A stretch of DNA of 64,000 nucleotides from a virus, in the IMG/VR virus record IMGVR_UViG_3300046710_000150, positions 1 to 64,000 of that record, one strand, 5' to 3'. The position numbers were made by a program, and so were the translations under genes. Positions 41,099 to 49,329 of the stretch are shown piece after piece. The notes beneath the pieces were generated by a model. The model had not been told where the DNA came from. It saw nothing but the letters and a program-made list of their open reading frames with translations, and ran no database searches. Every line of letters begins with the position of its first letter. Position 1 is the first letter of the stretch.

Positions 41099-42484
41099 CT
41101 ACTCCTTGCTGATGCCCTTGCTCGACGACTTGGCTGGCGTCTTGCTCGACGGTCCAGCCGCCGGGGCGGGCGGAGGCGTTGCCACCTCCTTGGCGCTGAG
41201 AACGTCGTCGACGGTCACCACGCCAAGAGGTGTGTTCGCCATGAGCTTGTTGTACGGGTTGTTCTCGTCGTTGGGGTCGCCCATCGGTGGGCGTCCGTCG
41301 TCCATCCGCGCCTCGTTGATCGGCTTCCAAGGCATGCCTGCGAGCGCCAGCTTGTTGATGCTGGCCTTTGACATGGACTCCTTGATGTTGAGCCGGAGGA
41401 ACCGGAAGGCGAGGTTGTTCTCAGGGCCACCGTAGGACTCGTCCCAGACGATCTCCCGCGTCATGAAGTCCTGCCCGAGCGCCAGCAGAGGGCGGAGACC
41501 ACGATCCTCGGTCATGTCCGCCTGTGTCTCTGCGTTCGCCCTGTTCACATCCATGGTCAGGCCCAGATCCTGAGGCGAAAGGCCGTAGACGGCCGCCACC
41601 TTGCGGACCAGATAGACCAGCCACTCTTGGTACTGCATGTCTCGGTTCGAGCCCCGGAAGGGCACGAACTTCGCACCCTTGGAGCCGCCGATGAACGCCA
41701 TGGCACCCTTGCCAGCCACCTCGTTGAGCCAGTAAGAGCGGAAGCTCTCCACGGACTCTGGACGGGCGGTCTCGCCGAGGTCGAGCATCCCGTCAGGTGC
41801 AGCGTTGGTGACCTGTCGCGTGTTGTACTGGGAGCCCATCAGCTCCGCGTCGATGGTCAGCTTCAGGGTCTCGAGTGGCGAGAGCCCCATGACGCTGTAC
41901 GTCCTCGGGTTCGCCATGATGTAGACCATGTCGCGGTTCTTGAAGGGCACCTCGTAGGTGGGCGTCGGGCACCACCAGTAGCGGTTCTCGTCGGGGTCGC
42001 CGTCCCAGATCGTCGAGACCTTGATCCTGCCCCCGTCGGTGGCGTGCAGGTAAGCCAGAGAGCCGTCGAGCGTGCGCTCCTTCTCGATCACGCCCGCGTC
42101 GAGGACAAGGATGTCCTCCATGATCGGCTCGATCCACGAGCGGAACGACTCGACCATCGGGTTGGGCTGGTTGAACAGTGCCCGCAGCTCCTTCTGGAGC
42201 GGCTTGCTGTAGTCCTGCGTGGAGTCGAAGGGGACGATGTCCCACTCCGCCGAGGACACCTGCGTCTTGCGGATGTTGATCGCGGCCCGGATCCACTCCG
42301 AGTGCTCGGCCCAGTTACGGAACAACGCCGCAGACGACTTCGAGGCCCGCCCCTTGTCCTGATAGGCCAGCGAGGCGCTGCCCTTCGGCTGGTTCTTGGG
42401 CGAGGTGCGATACCCATACAGGGACTTCCTCAGGGCCACTCGCCCCTGAGGCGTCAGCAGGCCCGGTGGGGCGGTCAAGGCCAT
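41099..42484 (-). CDS. portal protein
   Basis: 461 aa, two small genes after terL. Size and sequence character are typical of the Phage_portal family. Confidence 0.8.
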   Translation of the reverse strand: MALTAPPGLLTPQGRVALRKSLYGYRTSPKNQPKGSASLAYQDKGRASKSSAALFRNWAEHSEWIRAAINIRKTQVSSAEWDIVPFDSTQDYSKPLQKELRALFNQPNPMVESFRSWIEPIMEDILVLDAGVIEKERTLDGSLAYLHATDGGRIKVSTIWDGDPDENRYWWCPTPTYEVPFKNRDMVYIMANPRTYSVMGLSPLETLKLTIDAELMGSQYNTRQVTNAAPDGMLDLGETARPESVESFRSYWLNEVAGKGAMAFIGGSKGAKFVPFRGSNRDMQYQEWLVYLVRKVAAVYGLSPQDLGLTMDVNRANAETQADMTEDRGLRPLLALGQDFMTREIVWDESYGGPENNLAFRFLRLNIKESMSKASINKLALAGMPWKPINEARMDDGRPPMGDPNDENNPYNKLMANTPLGVVTVDDVLSAKEVATPPPAPAAGPSSKTPAKSSSKGISKE

Positions 42485-42696
42485 CAGCGCGGCTCCTTGA
42501 AGTGCGCCGCAAGGACTTTGTCCTGCTGGGCGTTGATGAAATCGGACTCGAGCTTCTTGTTGGCGGCGGCGATTGCCTCGTCGTAGGTCAGGCGGTACGT
42601 CTCGATCCCCGCGAGCAGGCTGGCGATGTAGGGCGGGACCGTGCGCTTCCCGTCACGGAACTCCAGCTCGACAGGCTCATCCCGCTGCAGCATCAC
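42484..42696 (-). CDS. hypothetical protein
   Basis: 70-aa ORF with overlapping stop/start codons on both sides. Confidence 0.55.
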   Translation of the reverse strand: MMLQRDEPVELEFRDGKRTVPPYIASLLAGIETYRLTYDEAIAAANKKLESDFINAQQDKVLAAHFKEPR

Positions 42697-42935
42697 GCAC
42701 GTCCCGTGAAGTAGGTCACCTTGATGTCGTGAATGGGGCAGCTCCCGAGGTAGTTGTCACCCCGGTTCGGGGGACAGGTGCAAACCTGCGAGACCGTGAG
42801 AGGCGGCTGAACGAAGGGGGTCCAGCGCCACGGAACCTCCATGGGGGCCGTGCTGGTCCCTGTCGTGTTCACGGGACAGCGATGCTCCATCCCCTGCCAC
42901 CACGTCCCGCAATCCGGGCGCTTCAACATCGCCAT
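42693..42935 (-). CDS. Cys-rich small protein
   Basis: 80-aa ORF with seven Cys residues (CGTWW...HRCP...CTCPP...CPIHD). Confidence 0.5.
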   Translation of the reverse strand: MAMLKRPDCGTWWQGMEHRCPVNTTGTSTAPMEVPWRWTPFVQPPLTVSQVCTCPPNRGDNYLGSCPIHDIKVTYFTGRA

Positions 42936-44419
42936 CAGGCTGCTCTCACTTTCAGGCTGCCGAAGAAGAACTCCTGCCCGCCGAGATCCATCGAGTACCC
43001 GAGGGAGTCCACGAAGTCGTCGTGGCCCTTGGGGAAGGAGAGAAGCTCGACCTCGAACGCCGAGCCCTTGAGGGAGGCATGGTGAAAGACCTTGTGGGCC
43101 TCGTACTTCGCGGCCACCGCACGAGCACGGGTCGTCTTGTCGACGTCGGCCTTCTTGCCCTCGATGGGGATCTTGGGGTAGGTCTCCATGACCTCTTGGA
43201 TCAGGGTCGACTGGAACTGCTGGCTCTCGACGATCACGAGGCTGATGTTGGGGTACGCCATCCAGCCGTCGTGGACGAACTCAGAGTGATGCGACTCGCG
43301 CTTGTCGCGGTAGGCCGAGAGGACGTAGAAGTCGCCCGAGTCGAGGTTCTCAGCCGTTGTCACTCGAGCCGTGAAGTCGGCCCGCTCGCGAACAGAGGAG
43401 GCGAGGTCAACTCCCATCCGAAGGAGCCACCTCCCGGGAGGAAGGACGGTGAAGTGGTCGAAGGGCCCGTGGAAGATGTTGCCCTCGAGGAGTCCACTGA
43501 TGTCGTTCTGGTAGGCGCAGGAGAAGAGCGGAGAGCCCATCTCGTCCTTCTCCTTGAGCAGTCGATCAACCGACCAGTACTCAGGCCAGTACGAAACGAG
43601 CCTCCCATCAGGTCCCTCCGTGAGCGACGACACCACGTGACTCCGCCAGCCCATCCCGCCGTCCGCGAGTGGCTTCATGAAGATCTCGTACAGGTCTTCC
43701 TCGCCCCACCGCGTGCCGATGGCGACCACCACCCCGTCCGGGGAGAGGCACGGCTTGAGGGTCTTCTTGAACCAGACCTCGACCGCCTGACGTTGATCGA
43801 CGCTCTGGGTGTTCTCTTCGTCGAGGATGTCGTCCATCAGGATCAGATCGAGGCGCTTGCTGATGATCGCGCCGCCAACGCCGACGGCGAACATCGTGAC
43901 GTCCTTGGATCCATGCCAGCGCGATCCAGCGCAGAGCCATTCCTTGTCCGTCCACTTCGACGGTGAGGGCTTGCTGTCGGGGAAGACCTCGCGGTGCAGG
44001 GGGTTCGCCTCCACCGTGTACTTGACGGCCCTGCTGAAGTCCTTTGCCTGCGTGTCGGTATTCGAGACCATCCCGATGCGGAGATCCGGGTACTTCCCCA
44101 CCAGCCACGAGCACAGGATGGTGTTGTCCCACGTGGTCTTGGCCCCGCCACGGGGCAGCAGGTACAGCTCGTTCTCGCGCCGATACAGGGCGTCGAGGGT
44201 CTCGGTGACCATCGCCCTGTGGTGGGCGGCAGGCACGTACCCGAAGACGTATTCCCCGTAGGCGAAAACCGCCTCTGGACCGTCAGTTCGTGCGAGGGTC
44301 ACCAAGGCGTGGGAGCGGAGACTCACCAGAGTCTCCTCTGACGAGCCCGCGAGTTGCCTCGACAATGCCTCGAAGAATGTCGGGTCCGAGTCCTCCGGTG
44401 GCGGAGAGGCTGACACCAA
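42935..44419 (-). CDS. terL: terminase large subunit
   Basis: LLPRGGAKTTW Walker-A-like motif, ILMDDILDE Walker-B-like motif and a C-terminal nuclease-like half. The start is uncertain: GTG at 44302 would cut the overlap with terS to 20 nt. Confidence 0.85.
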   Translation of the reverse strand: MVSASPPPEDSDPTFFEALSRQLAGSSEETLVSLRSHALVTLARTDGPEAVFAYGEYVFGYVPAAHHRAMVTETLDALYRRENELYLLPRGGAKTTWDNTILCSWLVGKYPDLRIGMVSNTDTQAKDFSRAVKYTVEANPLHREVFPDSKPSPSKWTDKEWLCAGSRWHGSKDVTMFAVGVGGAIISKRLDLILMDDILDEENTQSVDQRQAVEVWFKKTLKPCLSPDGVVVAIGTRWGEEDLYEIFMKPLADGGMGWRSHVVSSLTEGPDGRLVSYWPEYWSVDRLLKEKDEMGSPLFSCAYQNDISGLLEGNIFHGPFDHFTVLPPGRWLLRMGVDLASSVRERADFTARVTTAENLDSGDFYVLSAYRDKRESHHSEFVHDGWMAYPNISLVIVESQQFQSTLIQEVMETYPKIPIEGKKADVDKTTRARAVAAKYEAHKVFHHASLKGSAFEVELLSFPKGHDDFVDSLGYSMDLGGQEFFFGSLKVRAA

Positions 44420-44855
44420 GAGATCGCTCCTCCGTGATGTTGCTGGGCTTCCCGAAGAGGATCTGGAGCCGGTCGATCAGCAGCGCCACGTCAGCGGGCT
44501 TGATCACCACGAGGGGCTCTTCGATCCACTCCCCGGCCCGGAAGACCTTCCGGGTGCCCTTCATGTCCTCGCGCATCTTCATGATCGCTTCGTCGATGGC
44601 GTCGATGGCGTGGTCGCGGACCTCCGCTTCGCGGGCGATCTTGCGACCCTCGGCCGAGGCCATCAGGGACTGGGCCTTGTCCATGGCCCGCTCCTGAAAC
44701 TCCTGCCGCTTGCGAGCCCACTCGCGTCTCTTCGACTGGATGGCGATCAGGGAGTGGTTGTTGACGCCGAACTGGCGGGCCAGCTCACGCAGGCCCATGT
44801 CACCGGAGATGTAAGCCCGCTCGATGGCGTCGTAGTCGTACTTGCTGTTGCTCAC
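44283..44855 (-). CDS. terS: terminase small subunit
   Basis: GTG at 44855 overlaps the upstream stop (GTGA). N-terminal HTH YDAIERAYISGDMGLRELARQFGV, then a coiled-coil region. Lies upstream of terL. Confidence 0.7.
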   Translation of the reverse strand: MSNSKYDYDAIERAYISGDMGLRELARQFGVNNHSLIAIQSKRREWARKRQEFQERAMDKAQSLMASAEGRKIAREAEVRDHAIDAIDEAIMKMREDMKGTRKVFRAGEWIEEPLVVIKPADVALLIDRLQILFGKPSNITEERSLGVSLSATGGLGPDILRGIVEATRGLVRGDSGESPLPRLGDPRTN

Positions 44856-45190
44856 CGGATCTCCCTCGTGATCCCGACCCGGTAGTCGTCGTCGATCCAC
44901 ACCTGAACATCGGTCAGGCGTGGCCTACGTGTCAGGAGGCGCTCCATGATCCACGCGGCAATGCCGGAGAGAGTTTGGGAGCCGCCCACGAGCATATCTC
45001 CGAGTGGATGACCCTCCAGCTCGAGTAGGACAGCCCGTAGATCAGCCGGTAGGTCAGTCCTGACACCCGCGTCTGTGCCCTGCTCGGTGGCACTCACCCA
45101 GAAGCGGTGCCCATGGACATGGGGACCGTGATCCGGGTCGAGATGGGTAGAGTCGAAATGCTGCTCCGACGCGCAGAAAAACTTGCTCAC
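44852..45190 (-). CDS. QueD / 6-pyruvoyl-tetrahydropterin synthase-like protein
   Basis: 112 aa. VHGHRFWV corresponds to the HGH-x-[FY]-x-V zinc motif, and TLSGIAAWIMERL...VQVWIDDD parallels the QueD C-terminal half. Confidence 0.55.
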   Translation of the reverse strand: MSKFFCASEQHFDSTHLDPDHGPHVHGHRFWVSATEQGTDAGVRTDLPADLRAVLLELEGHPLGDMLVGGSQTLSGIAAWIMERLLTRRPRLTDVQVWIDDDYRVGITREIR

Positions 45191-45447
45191 GCCGTGACGG
45201 GCTCCTCCGGCGCTGCGACCGGCTCGGTGTAGTCGACGTCATCGAAGACCTCGACGTCACCCTTGATGGCGAGGAGGCGGAGGCAGTTGTCGCAGACGAA
45301 GTCCGTGACGCTCACGCTGTCGACGACCTCGTCGTCCTCACCGACCTCGAGGCCGCACACGGTCTCGGACGTCTTGCGGGGACGAAGAGCGTGGTGCAGG
45401 TGACCATGGAAACCCTGCTTCATCCTGACCCAGAGCGTGTCGGCCAT
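45187..45447 (-). CDS. hypothetical protein
   Basis: ATG at 45447 with AGGAGG six nt upstream. 86 aa. Confidence 0.6.
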   Translation of the reverse strand: MADTLWVRMKQGFHGHLHHALRPRKTSETVCGLEVGEDDEVVDSVSVTDFVCDNCLRLLAIKGDVEVFDDVDYTEPVAAPEEPVTA

Positions 45448-45459
45448 GAGATCCTCCTG

Positions 45460-45499
45460 AACGAGAAAGACGGGTCGCCCTACAAGAGAGCGACCCGTC
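45460..45499 (-). terminator. intrinsic terminator (minus strand)
   Basis: GACGGGTCGC (45469-78) pairs with GCGACCCGTC (45490-99): perfect 10-bp stem, 11-nt loop. Followed on the minus strand by TTTCTCGTT. Confidence 0.6.
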
Positions 45500-45589
45500 C
45501 ATTCGGGGCTACCAGCGGCTCGACCAGCCTCGGAGGTCAACCAAGAGAAGGGGGAGCCAGCGAACCCGTATGCAGTTGTACCACGGAGC

Positions 45590-45862
45590 CTACACCACGG
45601 GCAACCCCGTCTCGCTGTCCACCTGTTCAGGTTTGGGCATGCTGACGTCTACCCACTGGTCAGTTTCAGCGTTGTACCTCCAGTCGAGGAGGAAGGTGTT
45701 GAGCGGCAAGACGGTCACCCCGCCGTCCTCGACGAGCACGAGACCAGCCACTCCGTACTCGGAAGTCTGGACGACTCCGAGCAGGAGGCCGTTCCGGTAG
45801 TCGTACTCGAGCCCCTTGATCGAGACACGAGGCGGCTCGTCAAAGAGGGCGATCCCGCTCAC
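45590..45862 (-). CDS. hypothetical protein
   Basis: GTG at 45862 overlaps the upstream stop (GTGA). 90 aa. Confidence 0.55.
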   Translation of the reverse strand: MSGIALFDEPPRVSIKGLEYDYRNGLLLGVVQTSEYGVAGLVLVEDGGVTVLPLNTFLLDWRYNAETDQWVDVSMPKPEQVDSETGLPVV

Positions 45863-46116
45863 CGGATCCCCGCGCACTTGGCGCAGACAGGCGGTGACAC
45901 GATGGCCTCGCCGAGGCCGATGTCGAAGCAGACGCGGCGCTGACCACACGCCATGCACTTCATGCGGGGATGACGATGGAGTGCGATCACCATCGTGATC
46001 GCGAGGGGGCCGAAGGTCATGTCCAGCGGCGACGGGAACGCCGTCAACTGGTCAGGGTGGTGGGGCTTCGGGATCTCTTGGCGCAGGGGTGAGACTACTG
46101 CCCCGAACTCGATCAT
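45859..46116 (-). CDS. small zinc-ribbon-like protein
   Basis: ATG at 46116 with AAGGAGA upstream. C-terminal CMACG...CAKC. Confidence 0.6.
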   Translation of the reverse strand: MIEFGAVVSPLRQEIPKPHHPDQLTAFPSPLDMTFGPLAITMVIALHRHPRMKCMACGQRRVCFDIGLGEAIVSPPVCAKCAGIR

Positions 46117-46134
46117 TGAGTCTCCTTGCCTAGC

Positions 46135-46416
46135 TCAGGCGTCATCGAATTCATCCGCATACTCCTCGCCCCCCTCTTCCTCTCGTAGCTCTTCGACCAG
46201 CTCCTGCGCTTCCTCGAACAGATCCTCGGACTCGCGCTCGAGCGTCGACGCCTCTTCCTTCAGGCCCTCCGCTTCATCCTGCTTCCCCTCGCCCTGCGCC
46301 TTCAGGGTCTTGATCCGGTCGATCAGAGACTGGACGCGGGCAGAAGGAGCGTCCCCAAGCGGTTGCGGAGGGCCGAGAATGTCCCATGGGTGGTCGACCA
46401 ACTTAGCCATGGTCAT
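46135..46416 (-). CDS. acidic coiled-coil protein
   Basis: Start at ATG 46416 or 46410. C-terminus EEAQELVEELREEEGGEEYADEFDDA. Confidence 0.55.
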   Translation of the reverse strand: MTMAKLVDHPWDILGPPQPLGDAPSARVQSLIDRIKTLKAQGEGKQDEAEGLKEEASTLERESEDLFEEAQELVEELREEEGGEEYADEFDDA

Positions 46417-46714
46417 GGAACAGGGGATCCGAGCAGGGGGTGTCTTGCTTGATCTCGCGCAGATCCTTCGCGATCTGGCGGAACATGTCGGCAATGTCGA
46501 GGGACGGATAGACGTGGCCGGGGCCAATCTCCGCCTCGAGGACGTCCTCGATGCCGACCACCTTGACGGCGGCTCCGATTTCCGTGACAGAGTCAGGCTC
46601 GAACCCGACCGGATAGTAGTAGCCCCGGATGTCCTTGTACCGCTTGATCGCGACGGGCTCGGTCAGCTCCTCGAAGTTCGCTCGCTTGAACTCGGCGCTG
46701 GTCATTTCCTTCAT
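46403..46714 (-). CDS. hypothetical protein (weak Phd/YefM-like N-terminus)
   Basis: ATG at 46714 (ATGA overlap). MKEMTSAEFKRANFEELTEPVAIKRYKDIRGYYYP. Confidence 0.5.
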   Translation of the reverse strand: MKEMTSAEFKRANFEELTEPVAIKRYKDIRGYYYPVGFEPDSVTEIGAAVKVVGIEDVLEAEIGPGHVYPSLDIADMFRQIAKDLREIKQDTPCSDPLFHDHG

Positions 46715-46998
46715 GGCAGATCCTTTGTTCTGTCGGCGTTCAGGCGGGCCTGTGCTTCGACGTTTGCCTTCTGGAGGTTCGCCACCATCACCTTCGTGCG
46801 CTCGAGGGACTTGATCCACGGGACCGTTTCCCCAACGGGAGTGGATGGCGCAGCAATCCGCGCCACCCACTCCTCCTCCGTCGGGGCGGGGTCACAGGCT
46901 CCTCTCCAGTGACCCCATGGGGCAGCCTCGATCCCCCCAGAGACCAGAGACGCCCCTGAGAAAAGCCTGTTCACGTGCATTCCTTTCATGCTTGCCAT
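46711..46998 (-). CDS. hypothetical protein
   Basis: 95-aa ORF. Confidence 0.5.
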   Translation of the reverse strand: MASMKGMHVNRLFSGASLVSGGIEAAPWGHWRGACDPAPTEEEWVARIAAPSTPVGETVPWIKSLERTKVMVANLQKANVEAQARLNADRTKDLP

Positions 46999-47276
46999 GC
47001 GATGACGTTGCCCACCGCGCCGAGAAGTCCGATGGAGGCCCCGAATGCGGCGGTGGCGAAGCGGAGTCTCGAGTCGGCCTTCACCAGCCCGACTCCGTAC
47101 AGGATCACGACCGTAAGCGCGATCTTGAGGACCCCCACAGCGATCAGGCCGAACCTGATGTACGCCTGCGCCATCAGGGGGTTCTGCTCGGCCCCGATCC
47201 CGACGTGGGGCACGATCAGGGCGAAGGTCAGCAGGTCGAGGCCCATGCAGGTGGCGACGAGAGCGAAGGGCTTCAT
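46986..47276 (-). CDS. membrane protein (3 TM)
   Basis: ATG at 47276 (ATGA overlap). MKPFALVATCMGLDLLTFALIVPHVG...LIAVGVLKIALTVVILYGVGLV...ASIGLLGAVGNVIAW. Confidence 0.6.
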   Translation of the reverse strand: MKPFALVATCMGLDLLTFALIVPHVGIGAEQNPLMAQAYIRFGLIAVGVLKIALTVVILYGVGLVKADSRLRFATAAFGASIGLLGAVGNVIAWQA

Positions 47277-47704
47277 CCTGCGGTCAGGAGGGGCACCCCC
47301 CCCGCCTCCATCCACTCGCCCAGCGTCTCGCCCGACTTCAGGACGGTGTAGGGCATGAACTCCAGCTCGAGCGTGGTGTCGCCTCCCTCGATGAACTCCA
47401 GCTTGGCCTTGATCAGGAGGACGTGAGCCCTCCAGCGTCGTCGCCACTCGTCGGTGGCCTTGGTCTTCCAGTCGATGTTGTGGGGGTAGGTGTACCTCTC
47501 GCCGTCTCGCTCCCGCATCTCCTCTGGGGTCGGCTTGTTGATCGAGAAACGGAAGAGGTGGCCGCCCAACGCGAACTGCAGCGTGTCCCCCGTCGGCGTG
47601 GTCCCCCATGCCATGGTCATGCAGCCGTGCTGGGCGAGGATCCCGCTGATCTCGCCACGAGACTTGTCCACCGTGACCGGGGTTCCCTCGGCGAACCTAC
47701 GCAC
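47273..47704 (-). CDS. hypothetical protein
   Basis: 143-aa ORF with high GC3. Confidence 0.65.
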   Translation of the reverse strand: MRRFAEGTPVTVDKSRGEISGILAQHGCMTMAWGTTPTGDTLQFALGGHLFRFSINKPTPEEMRERDGERYTYPHNIDWKTKATDEWRRRWRAHVLLIKAKLEFIEGGDTTLELEFMPYTVLKSGETLGEWMEAGGVPLLTAG

Positions 47705-47909
47705 TGGCCTTGACCGCCTCTGCCTTGCGGTGAGCCGCGAACGCTGCAGCCAGCGCGTTGTGGCCGATCTCGACCGGCAGCTCCGGCTCGATCTTCACCG
47801 TGAACTCTTCGTCGCAATCACATTCGACCCAGCCTTTCTTGAAAGAGATACCTACGACACGATGGCCCGTGAAGCGCGGCTTGTCAGGAATGGTTGACCG
47901 CCTCTTCAA
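47697..47909 (-). CDS. hypothetical protein
   Basis: 70-aa ORF. TTG is the only possible start, and it overlaps the upstream gene by 26 nt. Some low-GC3 codons. Confidence 0.4.
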   Translation of the reverse strand: MKRRSTIPDKPRFTGHRVVGISFKKGWVECDCDEEFTVKIEPELPVEIGHNALAAAFAAHRKAEAVKASA

Positions 47910-48198
47910 GCGCCCGGGCGATGGCGGCGAGGATCGAGGCGCGGGAGACTTGCGCTGCGGCGAGGCGTTCGTCGCGACTGACGGCTCGATACGACTGGTC
48001 CCACGTCATCGGCATCCCCTCCACCTCCGAGCGAAGGGCTTCGAGGGCGGCGCGGCGACCGTTGTCGAAGGCTTCCCCGACGAGGGGCGAGTAGAACGCG
48101 CGCTCGTTAGCCGCCGCTCCGCCTGCGACAGCGGCGCAACCCGGACAATCATCCTGCCGATGTTCGAGTGAACGGTGCCAGCCGGTGCGCGGGGTCAT
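47884..48198 (-). CDS. hypothetical protein
   Basis: ATG at 48198 (ATGA overlap). 104 aa. Confidence 0.55.
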   Translation of the reverse strand: MTPRTGWHRSLEHRQDDCPGCAAVAGGAAANERAFYSPLVGEAFDNGRRAALEALRSEVEGMPMTWDQSYRAVSRDERLAAAQVSRASILAAIARALEEAVNHS

Positions 48199-48548
48199 AG
48201 CTCGCTCGGGGCGAGGGCGGCGCGGGTCATCAAACAGATCGGCACGTCGCACATCGCCCACGTTCTCGGATGCAGAGAGTGGTAGGCGTGAATGAACTCG
48301 CCTTGCTTGGTCAACGCCTCCCGCAGCCGCTCGATCTCGGCCTCTACGGCTTCCACGAGCCGGATCTGTTCGGCCGCCTCCGCGGCGTCCACGGGCACGG
48401 CGAGCGTCAGGCGGGGTTCGGCGGCCAAGATTGCGGCGGCAAGCTGCGCCGCCGCTGTGGGACTGTCGGACTCCGCGAAGTCCGTGTAGTCGGGTCTCTG
48501 GTTGGCGACGGCCTGCAGCCGCATGATCAGGGCTTCTTTCGCGCTCAC
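48195..48548 (-). CDS. hypothetical protein
   Basis: 117-aa ORF. Confidence 0.6.
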   Translation of the reverse strand: MSAKEALIMRLQAVANQRPDYTDFAESDSPTAAAQLAAAILAAEPRLTLAVPVDAAEAAEQIRLVEAVEAEIERLREALTKQGEFIHAYHSLHPRTWAMCDVPICLMTRAALAPSEL

Positions 48549-48958
48549 ACCAACCCCGCCAGCGCAGCTTCGATGGGGCCCCAGAAGTCGTTGAACGCCT
48601 TCTCGACGCGGGCCTTGTCGACCCCCTCGATGTGGATGAACGAGTCCTTCCCCTGACAGATGTAGGGCTTCCCGTCGGTGTTACACGCCATGTCCCACGG
48701 CCACTTCACCTGCACGTTGCCGTAGGGCTCGCCCCAGACCTTCTGGGACTTCCCCTTGTCGATGTACACGTTGCGGCTGACGATCCCCATGAAGTAGACC
48801 GTCCAGCGAACCGGGACTGCGTCGTACATGACGAAGGACTCGACCTGAAAGTAGTCGCTCGTGGCGGCCACCTTCTGTGCCAGCTCCCTCGTCTCGAAGG
48901 TCGCCAAGACCCTGTAGTCGGAATAGCTACCCTGAGCGACGGCCCAGACGGTCTTCAT
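48545..48958 (-). CDS. hypothetical protein
   Basis: 137-aa ORF. Confidence 0.65.
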   Translation of the reverse strand: MKTVWAVAQGSYSDYRVLATFETRELAQKVAATSDYFQVESFVMYDAVPVRWTVYFMGIVSRNVYIDKGKSQKVWGEPYGNVQVKWPWDMACNTDGKPYICQGKDSFIHIEGVDKARVEKAFNDFWGPIEAALAGLV

Positions 48959-49326
48959 CCCTTCACCACGTAGCTAAGCAGGGCCGCGATGACAGCAGGG
49001 TCGTCCCTCAACAAACCGAGGGCCCGATTGCAATCCGAACACAGAAGCCCTCGCCATCGACCGGTTGCGTGATCATGGTCAACAGCAAGCGAAAACAAAG
49101 TGCCTGACTTGTGGCGCTTGGACTCGGGTCGACCACAAGTGGCGCATACACCCCCTTGAGCGGCAAGCATTTCGCTGTAGGTAGCAACAGTCATACCGTG
49201 ACTCTTGCGAAGATTGGATGCCCGTAGACTGGCGCTACCTTCAGGTGTTGCGTTCCACTTGGCCTTAGATCTGGCTACCCTATCTGGATACCGCTGGCGG
49301 TAGTCACGCTGGTGCTGAGCACTCAT
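48955..49326 (-). CDS. HNH endonuclease (endonuclease VII type)
   Basis: GGVCATCGRPESKRHKSGTLFSLAVDHDHATGRWRGLLCSDCNRALGLLRDDPAVIAALLSYV. The region has lower GC than its surroundings. Confidence 0.85.
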   Translation of the reverse strand: MSAQHQRDYRQRYPDRVARSKAKWNATPEGSASLRASNLRKSHGMTVATYSEMLAAQGGVCATCGRPESKRHKSGTLFSLAVDHDHATGRWRGLLCSDCNRALGLLRDDPAVIAALLSYVVKG

Positions 49327-49329
49327 GGC

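Noticed and set aside
45532-45800. Orphan GGAGGTCAAC on the plus strand followed by ORF 45570..45800 (76 aa).
   Set aside because: The ATG is 28 nt from the element. The ORF is antisense to a GC3-rich minus-strand gene, and its translation is Ser/Thr/Pro-rich shadow sequence. The motif copy itself is noted under the start-associated-element finding.
46403-46714. Phd/YefM-like antitoxin, and hence a toxin-antitoxin pair.
   Set aside because: The resemblance is limited to about 30 N-terminal residues. Neither neighbouring gene looks like a Doc/YoeB/RelE toxin.
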